Shown: positions 14,001-26,676, counted from the first letter of the stretch. The stretch: DNA of 64,000 bases from Microthyrium microscopicum (GCA_010405405.1 MU004236.1:1680070-1744069); one strand, 5' to 3'. Notes: generated by a model not told the origin, from the letters alone. Numbers and translations are program-made.

Positions 14001-16245
14001 TGGATCCGAAACCAGGCTGATCGGAGCCTGGAACGTCTTTGCGATCCTGTACAACGTCACTATCTCCCTCGTAATCAAATACCGGCTTATCGGAATTCTC
14101 AGAAGGACATGGAGACTCTCTATTATGGCCAGGTTCCAGAGACTGCTGTTTCTTACAGCGAAGAGAGCGCTCCACGTAGTCTATTACCAGAATTGCGTCT
14201 TTGTTTCGGTTATCGTTGCACAGCAGGCCAATGAGATGTTCCACAGCTTCAAAGTAACTCGGCCGAAGCTTGACCGCTCGCTGCCAGAATTGCTCTGCTT
14301 CTTTCTTCTTGTTCATCGCCATCAACGTTGCTGCCAAATTTGACATAGCTTCGACATGTCTATGCACGGTTAGTTTTTTGTTGTATAGTGGTGATTCAAA
14401 AGCATACCGAGAGTCCATTCCGAGTATCTTGGAGTACCAGTCGTATGCTTTTGTATAATCGGCCAAAGCATATGCCAAAGAGCCACCTAGGAGAAGACCA
14501 TCTATCCACGACCAATTACTGTCTTGACATAGCCCAGACAGCGCTTCTAGTGCAGAAACTGCGTTTTGCACTGGGAAGTGATCTTGCCTAGGAATTAGCG
14601 ATGATACTGGAAGCATTTGTTCAGAGCCCTCGCGCCTAAGGTGGCGCAATCTATGACTAGTTGGAGGAGACTTGAGGTTTGGATGGTTTTGCATGTGATG
14701 CTGTTGCCAGGAAATCTGTCTCGCCTGTTGGTCATTCTGTGGATATCTGCTTTGAGCATCAGAAGAGTAGTCTCGATCATCCATATAGCTGTGACGATGG
14801 TGGTTGGATAGCTGAGGGCGACTGTGGGTGATCATGCCAGTACTGTTGTGCCGGACAGGAAGGGACGGGTATTCATGGAATGTTGGCTTTGGAGGCTTAG
14901 GATACATTTGGCCTGTTTGACTATTCCTTCCACGATTTTGTGCTCCTGGATTGCGCGATTTGTGCAAATGCTTGACCAACTCAATATAAATGTCAACTGC
15001 TTGCTTAAAAACACGATCGCGGTATTGACCGTTCGGAGATGTCGAACCATATTCCAGCGAGACTGTAGAATGACTAGATGGGGTGGGTGGGAGAGATGGT
15101 GGAGTTTCGGATCGTGAGGAAGGTTGGACCGTTGCTGTAATCCGATTGATACTAGGTACGAATCTAGGCGGGTCTGAAGGTGTTGATGGACGAGGAGTGT
15201 TGTGTCGTATGCTGGACTTGAACATTTGATCTTGATATGCATTATTCATTCCAAATGCTTGATGATTGTGAGTCCCTGGCATCATTTGCACATCACTCTT
15301 TAGTGGTGGAACATTTGGATATTGCTGAGCTTGCTGGAAGTTCTGCATCATTGGTGATCCATTAGAGCCCATGTGCCAATTTGTCATGCCATTTATTGGA
15401 TCTACAAGTGGCTGATTTGGGATCCAGCCAGCCGAGTATCTTGCGTTGAACCGTAGATCTCTTGTTGCTGCAGGGAAGTACGGTTGATATGCTCCATTAG
15501 CCCAATAAGGACCATATGGACCTGGTGAATTTGATGCGGTTGGAACGAAAGATTGTTGCATTGGTTGGGGCATGTAGGCGTAAGGTTGTCCATTTTGAAA
15601 GTAGTGGAATGACTGTGGAGCCTGCATGGGATATTGGTTCAATACAGAATCTAGCTGAACTTGCTGATGCGGTCGAGCTGTATTCCATGCGCCAGTTGAA
15701 TCCAGTCCAACAGGAATGCCACGCCACATGTCATTGGGAACATTTGGTATCGGAGAGTTCATGCCAGATGGTGGGAAAACGTAGCTGCTAGTGTCATAGA
15801 TTCGAGATTGCTGCAGGTATGGGATATCTTGCGAAATAGGACGCTGTAAAACAGTAGAAGGAAAATGCTCAGAAACGGGTAATAGAATGTGTTTTGTGGC
15901 ATGGGGCCGTTCAGTCTGCTCAACTGAAGTTCCGTCATATGCTGCGTGGAGAATACCATTTGGTGTCTTGCGCCGTAGCATGTGTTCTGACCGTGAGCTG
16001 TGTTGGGAATCTAGAGATAGAAGTGGTCCGTAGTTTTCTGTTGAGGGGCGTGAAAGAGGTCGAGCGTATTGTTGAGGGAGGCCTGGGCGCATCGTGGTGT
16101 GGCTTGAATGTGTTCTAGAATGCTCTCTTATTGGGACGGTTCGAGAAGCATTGTGCGGGCCATATGACAAGTCGGATGGATTGAAGACAAATGGATCTTG
16201 CTGATGAGGTGGTATTTGAGGCGAGTGCTGCTGGACCATGGCCAT
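11094..16245 (-). CDS. OGT: O-GlcNAc transferase (GT41, OGT/SEC type) with long disordered N-terminus and TPR repeats, 3 exons
   Basis: TPRs (AHLYTNLGSLLKDLGQ..), PTVLPFH, GYLSSDFNNHP, LVNLNGYTRGARNE, GNFNQLYK, DLFLDTPECNAHTTAADILWSGTP, LFDTRRWVRDLE. Introns at 11736-11781 and ~14361-14408 (in-frame). Confidence 0.93.
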
Positions 16246-16486
16246 TGTTGGCAGGCCTGCGGTGGCCTCTGCCGCTCAAGGGATTGTATGCGGAATGGAA
16301 GGTGTATGTATGTATGATCGATGAGATGGTGAATAAGTTGGTGGGATGGAGCAGCTTTATGACAACTTGGAAGTGCCAAAGCCTTTTCGAAATCGTCTCG
16401 ATCTACCCGAACATGACATTTCCGCAATATGCGAGTCAAAATTGTCTAGTATGCGATCTGGATTGACCAGATCGAAAAGGCAGGCA

Positions 16487-16517
16487 CGACTGCGACTGCG
16501 ACTGCGAGTGCGAGTGC
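16487..16517. repeat. Hexamer microsatellite (CGACTG)3(CGAGTG)2 upstream of OGT
   Basis: Directly visible in the sequence. Confidence 0.8.
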
Positions 16518-19497
16518 AGGTACGGAAGGAAGGTGCAGGTCGTGAATTGCGGATTACGGATTACGGAAGGCTCGACTGGAAGGCGGCTGCGTTGACGAGG
16601 AAAGCGCGCCTCAGCCTATAGTCGGGTCTTTTGGCAGGAGCGATCAATGGCCAAACGTGTTCCGCAACCTTAGGATTCTGAAAGAGATAAAGAGGTAGCG
16701 GAAGTGGGCTGTGAGCTGTGAGCGCAGGTAAGGTCGCAGGTCTTATTATTGCGGGCGGCAATGCACAGCAGGCGGACAAAGTACTGAGTGCCGGGGCGGA
16801 CGCGGATCATGCAAGGAAGGGAATCGGGCAGTAGGATTGGCGGCTGCTAAGCAGGAACGGACGGAGACAGCGAAGCGGAAGGCGAAAGGCGGAAGGGGAT
16901 ATAGAATGCTAGATAGTCGTTTAGATATAGGAAGCAAGAAAAAAAAAGAGGCATAGAAAGAAGAACAGTGGTCATACAATGGAGTGGGTTTGGTGGTGGA
17001 GATGTCTAGTCCACGGATAGTGTATGGGTTTGGGAGTTGGAAGCAACGTAGCAAGCGGCGGTACAGGGCAAGACGGTGCCAAAAAGGTGCCCGCAGTTTG
17101 AACACCTACTTTTAAGTTTTGGGCAGGATTTGCTGGGGTTGGAGAGCAGACCAGGCTTCCTTTGTAAGGATTGTAAGCATGATAAAAAAGAAAAAGGTCT
17201 CTGAAATTCCTGAGTCTTGGTGGAGCAAGGGAGGAAAAGAGCTTGAGTCAAAAGTTGCCAACCTGACCACCACCAAATCTCTCCCACCACCGTTGAATCT
17301 CCAAAGATACCACCTCGCTTTCCTTTGGTACGTTTGGACAATCGAGCAATGACGAGGCTGTGTCTAGGGACGGGAGTGGCGGTTTCTGGCGTGTCTCTGG
17401 GGTCCTTCTGGCTTGTGTTTGGCTGTCAGCCCAGCCAGCCAGCACGCCCAAAAACGCCAATCTGCAAGCCTCTTTTCAATCACTACCGATCTTCTCAACA
17501 CATTCAAGGCCACGCGCTACTTTTAGCCAGCTACTTTTTTTTATGCTTGTGTGCTCATCAAACTAATCATTCTGCTTGGAGCCCTGCCTTTGATTCAATC
17601 TTCAACTTCATCTCCTGCCGTCCCCATCAAAGCCCTCTGATATGTACCCTCAACACATATCAAATCCCCCAGGTAATCTCCAAAACCCCAAACATTCCCT
17701 ACTCACGACGCAGCTGCTCTCCAGTGCTTGTCCCAGCACGCGCATATCCGATGTTGAACATGCATGTTCGAAACCAACTGAACAACATAGCCTCCACCCG
17801 CCAGCCTATCAATACGAGCAGCTGCCTTCTTTAACAAGAGCAAAATGCAATCAGCACAGCTTCATTCGTAAAGAAATATCCCAATCTCCTGGACCCGCTT
17901 ATTGAAGACTTCTATTTCCATGTGCATCGACGGACTTTGTCAGATGGTAAAGTACACTAATATTTCGGGAAGGCATTGATGCTTGACAAGTACATATCCG
18001 CTTCTCGCGTCACCTTACACCAACATTTTCGGGACATGGAACAACATCATTTGCAACCTGTAGACCTGGGCTATCTGAGCAGCATTCGTCTGATTTACTA
18101 CTCGCGGCCTCTTGCATGCCGCAAATCTGGCACACGACCTGCATCTATCCGCCAGTTTAAGAATCCAGCCTGGTTAAGTTTGCCATCGACAAGATCCAGG
18201 AACGATGAAGTTAGCTCAGACTTTACCCACTAAGTCCAACGGCCCCAAGCTTACCCCCAAACGTTCTCTCTTCCGTAGTTCTCGTTCTATTCCAACAACG
18301 TGTTATGCCAGCTGGCATATCCGTAGAGTGAGGCTTTAGTTCCATCCTTCTGAACAAATCATGGACTTGACAATTTTGAACTTCCGCAAGCGGACAGTCT
18401 CCGCAACTTGTCTGCAACGAATCCAGTTTGTCGGTTGAGCGGTGAGATGTGACTGGTGTCGCAAGACCTCTCGAAAAGTGACGTCTCTGGCTCCACAACC
18501 GCGGTCTCTACCGACTACCCATGTGTTGACCATTTACCAGACAGACTTGACAGACACCGCCGTTTGGCTGTAGGGTGTACTACATGCCGTAAACTTACAA
18601 GGTCTAAAATGGCTCTCCCGACTAGAAATCGGTACCAGTTCTTGGGAGATGTTAGGGACCCAACGGCAAGTTGCCGCGAGCCTAAAGGAGCCGTAGTCAA
18701 TATATTCTATACCTTCGCGAAGCTAGGGATCTTATAGGTGTACCAGAAAACGGCAAACCCGGTCAAATAATGAGATAATTTCCAACATTGTCTTCGCGAG
18801 CAGATAAATTGCTTGATATGTAGCCATCAAAGATATCTCCAAAAAATATCAGACCTTCGATATTCTTGGTGAGAATGAAGCACTCGATGATCAAAGCGAT
18901 ATAAATTGGTGTAAGCACATCAGTTGCTTCTGTCCTCCACTGACAGTATCATGAAAACTGCTTTTATCTGCATATCGCGGGCAAGTAGTGCATTGATCCT
19001 GCATAATCAACCCCATGCCAACATGACATCTCGCTCACACCCCCAAATGATATCTCCAGACTCGCAGCGTGCCATTAAACCACATTCACTTTGAACTTCC
19101 CCATTCAACCGATTATACATCCCACTACTGTAGAAGAGTATCACGAATATCCAACCTCTCACCTTGTAGACCACACACCATTGAAGTTGAAAACAATCTA
19201 ACCACCCCTTGCCCACACACCACCGCCATCAGCAAAATCCTGCCGCTCCGCCAGCAAAGCGCCACGCGAGCATTTTGCACTCCTTCTCCACGCCAATCAT
19301 ATGCGCCTAATAGCCCAACTGCCTTGCATCAAGTAACCTTCCAAGGTTCCAACCACCAACGATATGCTCTTGTAATCGTTGACCGGTTTGAGTGCCAATG
19401 TATATTAAACAAATTTTCGTAAGTAACACGGAACTGTGGCGTGAGATGAGAATATTGAATTGTGTAGAACTACGCCAAAAGCTGAGGCTGTTCAAAG

Positions 19498-19892
19498 TAA
19501 GCTCGCCCCCAAGCGGAGGCCTCCAAAGCGGAAGCCTCAGAAAGCGGAGGCACCACGCTTCCGACAAACATGGGTTGCACAATAAGATAAATACTACCTC
19601 GTTACTGACCAAAACTTAGAGCTGATAATGATAGTCGGAAGCTCACTCCCAAGCAGAGGTCTCGAAAGCGGAAGCCTCAGAAGCGGAAGCTCCAAAAGCG
19701 GAGGCACCCACCCTTCCGCAAACATGGGTTGCGCCATAAGATGTATACTACCTTGTTACTGACCAAAAGACCTGATAACAGTCGGAAGCTCACTCCCAAG
19801 CAGAGTGTCTTGAAAGCGGAAGTATCAGAAGCGGAAGCAGAAGCGGAGGCACCATCTGTGATCCTTCCGCAAACATGGGTTGCGCCATAAGA
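19498..19892. repeat. Triple tandem repeat of ~140-150 bp with internal AAGCGGA(A/G)G sub-repeats
   Basis: Three diverged copies (starting ~19498, ~19638, ~19785) share AAGCTC.C.CCCAAGC, AAGCGGAGGCACC and CAAACATGGGTTGC; the first two end in TACTACCT.GTTACTGACCAAAA. Confidence 0.9.
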
Positions 19893-21160
19893 GTGTGTGC
19901 CAATTATACCCTCATAACCAATAAGATAATTTCGCCTGTGAAGTTCAACGCTGATCAGCCATGGTTCATTGGTAGGGCTGTCCATGTATTTGTCTGTCTG
20001 ATACCATACTGCAATTCTCGCCATCATCCATATCATTTCATATCGTCGCACCGGTTTCCACCGTTGCCAGATCGAAATATCTTATGGTTCGATGTAGCAA
20101 AGTTGCGACAGCGGGGTGTTGAGAGTAGAGATGGGATATGGATAGCTGCGTAGATCCTCACATCAATCCTGGACAAGCGTGAGATTTGCATCCCGTAGGA
20201 TTCGGTGTATTTAGAGTCGAATGTTTATATTTCTTACGTTCTTATTGGCCGCCTTGCTATAATGGGTGGTTTAACCAGCTTCTTTGCAGGCATGTGCCGC
20301 ACAATCATGGCAAGTTCAAACTTGAAGAGTGGAGGTTCAATCTGCTCGAGATATCAGGACGGTAATGACACGCAAGCGATATTATCCAACGACTGGTAAC
20401 TGCGTGCTGCAGCACCAATAATCATGTCATGCGTGGTGGAGACTTGGCATCTGGGTTGTTGATGTCGCATAGAAGCCATGCATTCGTTAGTGGAGACGCT
20501 TCTTGTCGATCGCGGACGATCTTGGTCAGGTTTTGGTATGAATCGCCAGAGGGTTGTGCTGGTCGATGATACAAAAGGGCCGGTTGAAATGACTGCCTGG
20601 CTGCTGACGAAACACCGGAATTCAGTCCGGTGAACGGTTTCTGGATGCGGTATTGTTCTAGAAAGGGCATGAGAATGATATCGAATTAATATGTGTGCAT
20701 TTGTTTCTTCTATAATTGGCCTGCGGATTAATATATCAATATCAAATCACCCGAGTTTGATCAGATGTTGAACAATACGCCAACATGAAATTCTATTTCC
20801 GGCATCGAGCGGTCGAGTTTGCTTTCGAGATAGTGTAGCTTTGGAGTGGAATGTAGACCAGTTTGGAAGGACCGCATCAGCCATTTCTCAGTTGAGAGGC
20901 TGGTTCGGTGAGTATTAGGTCTTGGGGTTCAATCTTCTCTGCACCAAAATAGGAATAAACGACGGAGTACTGTTTATTCCAGAGTGTTGGCAGAGTGGGC
21001 AATGTATGGAATCACTGGAATGAGTACGAATCACGCACTTGTCGAATCTCAAGAGAAAAGAATAATGATCATATCAGCGACTTTCAGTCGCAGTTCTGTA
21101 TTCCAGGGTATACCTTTAACCTACGAATACCGACATGCAAATCATCAAACGTGCAAACAT

Positions 21161-21856
21161 TTACTTTTCAGGAACTTGGCGAAGTTAGCGGGGAACTTTG
21201 GACAGTATTTCAAAACATACTCTCAATCTCGCCGGAAGAAATATCATCAGTGACATCCTTGGGGCTACGACCATCAACTTGGCAACCGACAGAGAAAGCG
21301 GTTCCAAGAATCTCCTTCACCACACCCTTGAGGTCCTTTGACATGGACTTGAACTGCATTGTTCGTGCAATGTCAATGATATCGTCGAGTGGGATGGACT
21401 TGGTGTGCTTGATGTTCTTCTCCTTCTTGCGATCACGGGGTGGCTCCTTGAGGGCCTTGATGACGAGCGAAGAGGCAGATGGGACGACGGAGACGGCAGC
21501 TTGACGGTTTTGGATGGTGAGCTTGACGGTGACGCGAAGACCTTTCCAGTCGCCAGTGGCTTTGGCAATGTCTTCACCGACCCTTGTCATTGTTAGCGAT
21601 TGTCTTCCATCCCGCTGGGAATGCATACTTCTTGGGAGAAAGTCCAAGAGGACCAATCTTGGGAGCAAGGGCAGACGAAGAACCAACTTCTCCACCAGTG
21701 GCTCTCAGATGGCTATCATCGATTATTAGCAAAAGGAAAGGACGAAGAAGCTTCGCGTCGCGACTAACATGACCTTGACCTCATTGGGATCGAATTTTGG
21801 TGCTATGCTGAGTTAGTGATTGCGATCTTTCAAGAGCATTGAGAGAGCTTACCCAT
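21161..21856 (-). CDS. RPL12: 60S ribosomal protein L12 (uL11), 5 coding exons plus a probable 5'UTR intron
   Basis: Spliced product [69 protein letters not shown]...GEIEIPEK*. Confidence 0.97.
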
Positions 21857-22353
21857 TGCGACGAAGCTAGAGAGATTCTGAAAGAATCAATTAGAGTAAG
21901 CCAGCAAACTGCAAGAGAGATACTTACGCGTGGCTAAAGCGTAAGGTAGTCTGTCTCCTGTAGTGGTTCCTTTCCGGGATATGGATGGAACGTGAGGAAT
22001 TGTTGTTGAGCGGTTGGAATATCGTGAAGTAGAAACTTTTCCTTGGCTGAGAAAATGTGGTGGTGAGGGTCACTCCGGATTAAAGTTTGGCCGGACTAGG
22101 CTGGGCTTGTGAAAGCAGGAACGATGTGAAAGTGCGGCTGGTCTAACCGGATTGGGTGTCAATAGTTAAAACACCAAGTTGGCCTCAACTATTTGAGGGC
22201 TGTGTCTGGATGGCCACATCTCTCTGTCAAACCATTACCACCACCACATCTCCTCGCATCAAAACCTCCATCTCTGCTAAGGACTCCTGCTGATCGTCTT
22301 CGTCTTCGCGACTCTAATACCTATTCCCTCTTTGTCTTCTTTCCTCATTCACA

Positions 22354-23553
22354 ATGGATTCAGATGGTCCTAGACCTCCGCCGGTGCAGCTGACGCCCGG
22401 CCAGCAGCCTACACAAGAACAAATAGAGGCTATTCAAGCACACATGCACGCAGATGCAGAGCGTATGGGACTCACATTCGAAGCGTATATCGAAAAACTC
22501 AAAGCCATGCATCAGCAGCAATTAGAAGCACAACAACAGCAACAAGGCCAGCATGTCCACGGACCCAATTGCAACCACGACCATAGCCATGACCACGAAC
22601 ACGAAGGCCAAACTCAACAACAAGTGACCCCAGGTCCTCCTAAACCCGAAGCTCTTGCGCTTGCTAGCTTCCTCAAAAACCAAGATCTCAAGATGCGCAC
22701 CTGTATCTTCCAGGAGAAGCGCAAAGATATGTTCCGAGGTATGCTGAACCATATATAAAAGCGAAAACTTTTCTGTCCAATTTAGTTCACTACTAACCAC
22801 ACAATTACAGTCAAGCGAGCACTACGCTGTCTTCAAACACCCGCCTACGAAAAAGCCCGCCGCAAGAATCCCCTCCTTCCACCAGTCACCGACCGTTCCT
22901 CCGCCGAAGCCGTCTTCAAACTCCTCCCTCTCTCTCTCCTCGCCCTGCGCGTCCAAAAAGTCGACGCCGATGAAGCCCACGAAGGCCACTCCCACGGCAA
23001 GCAAAAGCGCGTCAAAGGTCTCTGGACCGTCGAAATCGTCCAACAACAAGATGCCCAAGATGACATGTACTACATGTGGCTCTACGAAGGACCGCAATGG
23101 AAACAGCGCGCATATGCCGTCGGCGCACTCGTTCTGGTCTTGATCTTCGTTCTCTTCCCACTGTGGCCTCTGAAGCTGCGCCAAGGAGCCTGGTATCTCA
23201 GCATGGGATTCTTTGGTCTTATCGTGGCTTTCTTCGGCATGGCTATTGTCCGTCTCATTCTATTCTGCATTACCATGTTCACGCATCCACCTGGTCTTTG
23301 GCTATATCCCAACTTGTTTGAGGATGTCGGCTTCTTTGACTCGTTCAGACCTGTGTGGGCTTGGCAGGTGGATGCAAAGGCGGTGCGTCAGCAGAAGAAG
23401 CTGGAGCGTGAACAAAAAGCGGCTTCTCGTTCGGGAAAGTCAAATGGTTCTGCAAAGGCTGAGGGCGGTCACACTACTGGAGCTGACCATGCGTCTGGTG
23501 ATGTCTCAAAGCGAGCTATTCACGCTAGTGTGGAAGAAGACGAGAGCGACTAA
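22354..23553 (+). CDS. SEC62: ER translocon subunit Sec62, 2 exons
   Basis: DMFRVKRALR across intron 22739-22810, YYMWLYEGPQWK, LFPLWP, GLWLYPNLFEDVGFFDSFRP. Confidence 0.95.
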
Positions 23554-23816
23554 GCGATGGTGTCGCTGTTCGAACTTGTGTTTGGAATTTTCCGGTCTTT
23601 TTGATTATGCAACTAGTGTATTATGTATCAGGGGGCACGGCGTAATGGTGCTCATTGATGGGCGTTTGGGTTGACCGGAAAATAGTCGCATAAGTAGCAT
23701 GTGTAAAGTACCTATATATCGTCGCAAATGTCACACGGTGATAGTAGCGATATCCGGCAAATTGAATATTGTTTGATTTGATGAATTGCATCTCTGCATC
23801 TGGGGTATCATTTCTT

Positions 23817-26599
23817 CTATTTAGAGGAGAACCAGCCATTGTAATCTATGGCACTGACCAACCTATCAATCGTGTTCTCTTCTTGTCCTTTGGCGGCATA
23901 TCCTTTCTTTCCGCTCACTCCTCGACAGACTTCAACAAATAGTCGGGTCTTCTCTTCAAATTCCTTCTGCAGCTTGATCACTTCCAAATCATCAATCTTC
24001 TCCATTTGACACAACTTCTCTAAGGCCAAGACACAGCCAAATACTTCCTCGAGTAATCCCATAATCTTTCGTTGTCGCTGCCGTAGTAGTAGTCCAAACA
24101 ATATTCCATCCAGTGTCCCTTCATGCCGTCGCCGCAACTCCTCGATCCCACCAACATCCCGCATTCCTGCCGGATTCTCTGCATCTTCAGCCGCGATAGC
24201 CGCTTCCACACCGTCCAAGTAATGGACAAAACTTGCCCAGCCTTCCCCAACCGCGGTATCGAAAAAGTATGCGGCGCACGAGTTCACGACGTGCCGCATC
24301 TCCATGCTAGCACGCAGCACGGCAGGTGATCCACGCATCGGGAGCCGTGAAACGCTGAACAGCAGGCGGGTGATGCGTAGCAGAAACTTGAAGACTGCGT
24401 CATATGCGTCCAGCGTGCGCGGCGTAATGACCAGCGCAATGGGTGCTGGTGGTGTGTACGACAGGCGGAGAAAGTCGAGAGCGTGCAAGGAGTGTGGGTC
24501 GAGAATAGTGGTGATTTCGTCGGCAGATAGATTTCGGATAGCGAAGCTTAAGGAACCCGGAAGGTCAGTTTTGGAGCTGGCAAGTTCGTGTCTAGGGGGT
24601 TTGGAGGCTGCATAGCAGTCGTTGAGAATTCCCATTAGCGCAAGACGTAGTTCGGAGCTGGCGGGTGGCCAAGTTGAGCGATCGCGCAACTTCAGGCCCA
24701 TACGGGAGCCAGAGCGCATGACGCCAAGTTGCCGTTCGGTGGTGGAGACCGTGGAGTCGAAGAGCGCGGCGGAGAGGCGGGAGATGAACACGCCATCACC
24801 GAGTAGGTGGAACGACTTTTGGACGTTCAAGTGGTCGCGTAGGTTATGAGATCGAAAAAGCAAGCGAAGGCTGGCGCCGCGAACAAGGCGGGCTTGGGAA
24901 TTGAGGATTGGCTCAAATGATAGTGCTGGGAGTAGAGATACTGCTGGGCGCAGGTTCATATTGTCAGCGATGACACCGCAGTCTATAGCCTCTTGCTGGG
25001 TATCGATTTGCGCGAGCACAATCTGCATCAGCTCGTCCGGGAGGTCAAACGCGTCCGATGGTGTATGATCCAGTCTCCGAAGCGAGCTCAGGAATACTGC
25101 TTCGTAGTCTGCAGCATCTTTGTCCTGTATGAGTTCTGGTGGATCTCGAGCAAGAATGTCCATTGGAACAGTTGCTGGATTTCCAGACTTATACTGTCGA
25201 ACTGCGGTGGCGAGGTCACTCTCGTACTTTCTAGCCTTCTCAAGGACTGCATCAGCCTGATGCCAATCTAATTCCCATTCAAGTTGCAGCGAGGTCGAGC
25301 ACTGTTTCGCTAAGACGTGATCAGGATGGTAAGTTTGAAGAAGCTTGAGACTTTGTCCCATCTCAAGTAATGTATCACCCGTTTCCTTGGAGATAAAGCG
25401 TGGGAGTTTGCTTTCATTCAAAATTAGATAGGGTAGTGGTGTATCTTCGTCGTGGTCAGGGTCGAGTTGGATGAAGTCTAAAGCATCTTTCGGTGGTTGG
25501 CCATACATTCCAGCTGATAGTCCAACCCATTGTCCAATTCGCTCTAGTAGTGGCCTGGAAGTTCGAAGTAGAATCTGGAGCATGATGGCGCTCAGCCACT
25601 GGACCCCATGCTCAGAATCTTGGCAATAGCTAAACAAGATCGAGCACAGTTGTTCGTCCGTAGTTGCAGCTCGCAAAGCCTGAACAACTTTTACAATGTC
25701 CTGCAGGAGTCTCCCAGGCTTTTCCAACAGGTGTTGAAGCTGAAGCACGCTCTTTACTTGGAGCCACATTTTGCTTAGATGAGCTTCAATTCCAGACAGT
25801 ATAGCGGATATGGAGTTTGCCAGAGATACTCGGCTGGGAATATCTCCAGACGCATAAGTCTTTTCAATGAACCTCTGTAATTGCTTCATTGATGCGCCGT
25901 ATTCATTCATCCTTTGATATATGCTCTGGAAGGCAACCGTAGTCAAGCCAGTCATGGAAAACCCATCTAAAGTAGGCTTGAAAGTTTTTGTCCGATTGTC
26001 CCAATCGAAAAGTAACGAAGAACGACCAAGAGCAAGCTCATATAAAGCTTTGATGGCGGGATTGGCTTTGACGACAGGTCCCATGGGTATCGGAGTCTGA
26101 GTCCTCCCATAGTAAGCTCTCAATGCGATATCGAATGCTGATGGACCCCATTCAGAAAGATAGGGTGATTTGGTGACATTTGGCCCTCCTGAGAACGCTT
26201 CCCAACTGAAATATCTCCTCTCCGTAAATCGTAAAGGCTCTGCAGCTAGTGCCCATACATCTTCTTCGGGTTCTTGTATAATGTTGTCTTCTGGTTCGGC
26301 AGAGAGAACAGATTCGTCTAATGGTGGAAGGTCCTCTAAAGGTCCGTACTTAAATGTGTCAAGGTCGGGAAGTTGCAAGTCGCTTACTAGGTTTGTTTTG
26401 GGCGCATAGGGATTATTGAGTCGTATTACTGTCACTACGTCGATGTCAGTCAATGTAAACCTTGAAAAGCTATGTTTCACGAACCGTCAAGCTCAACCTC
26501 TGGGAACAATGTTTGGCCTTGCGACTCCGAGGCAAACAATCGCGAAGGCCGCCAGAGGTCGGGGATCGCAAATGCGTCGAGCGAGTCCTCGATTTCCAT
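23817..26599 (-). CDS. GCP6: Spc97/Spc98-family gamma-tubulin complex component, GCP6/Alp16-like, 2 exons
   Basis: LALGRSSLLFDW, FHLLGDGVF..RLSAALFD, WPPASSELRLAL, LDFLRLSYTPP. Short first exon MEIEDSLDAFAIPDLW precedes an intron at ~26433-26484. Subfamily is by recollection only. Confidence 0.8.
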
Positions 26600-26670
26600 G
26601 GTGGCTGTAGTGTACAAGCTTGCGAGGATCGCATTGTTGTCCGATAATGCCGATGTTGTGTTTTTTGGTG

Positions 26671-26676
26671 ACGCGT
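26671..26676. promoter_or_regulatory. MCB-like element upstream of the gamma-tubulin complex gene
   Basis: ACGCGT lies 72 bp upstream of the ATG, with TTCGCGA nearby. Confidence 0.4.

Noticed and set aside
19498..19892. CRISPR-like array or snoRNA cluster
   Set aside because: Eukaryotic context, whole units are homologous with no unique spacers, and there are no properly placed C/D or H/ACA boxes.
16746..20670. Many 60-170 aa ORFs in the large intergenic region, and antisense ORFs over real genes
   Set aside because: No recognisable motifs; expected by chance or as shadows of codon bias.
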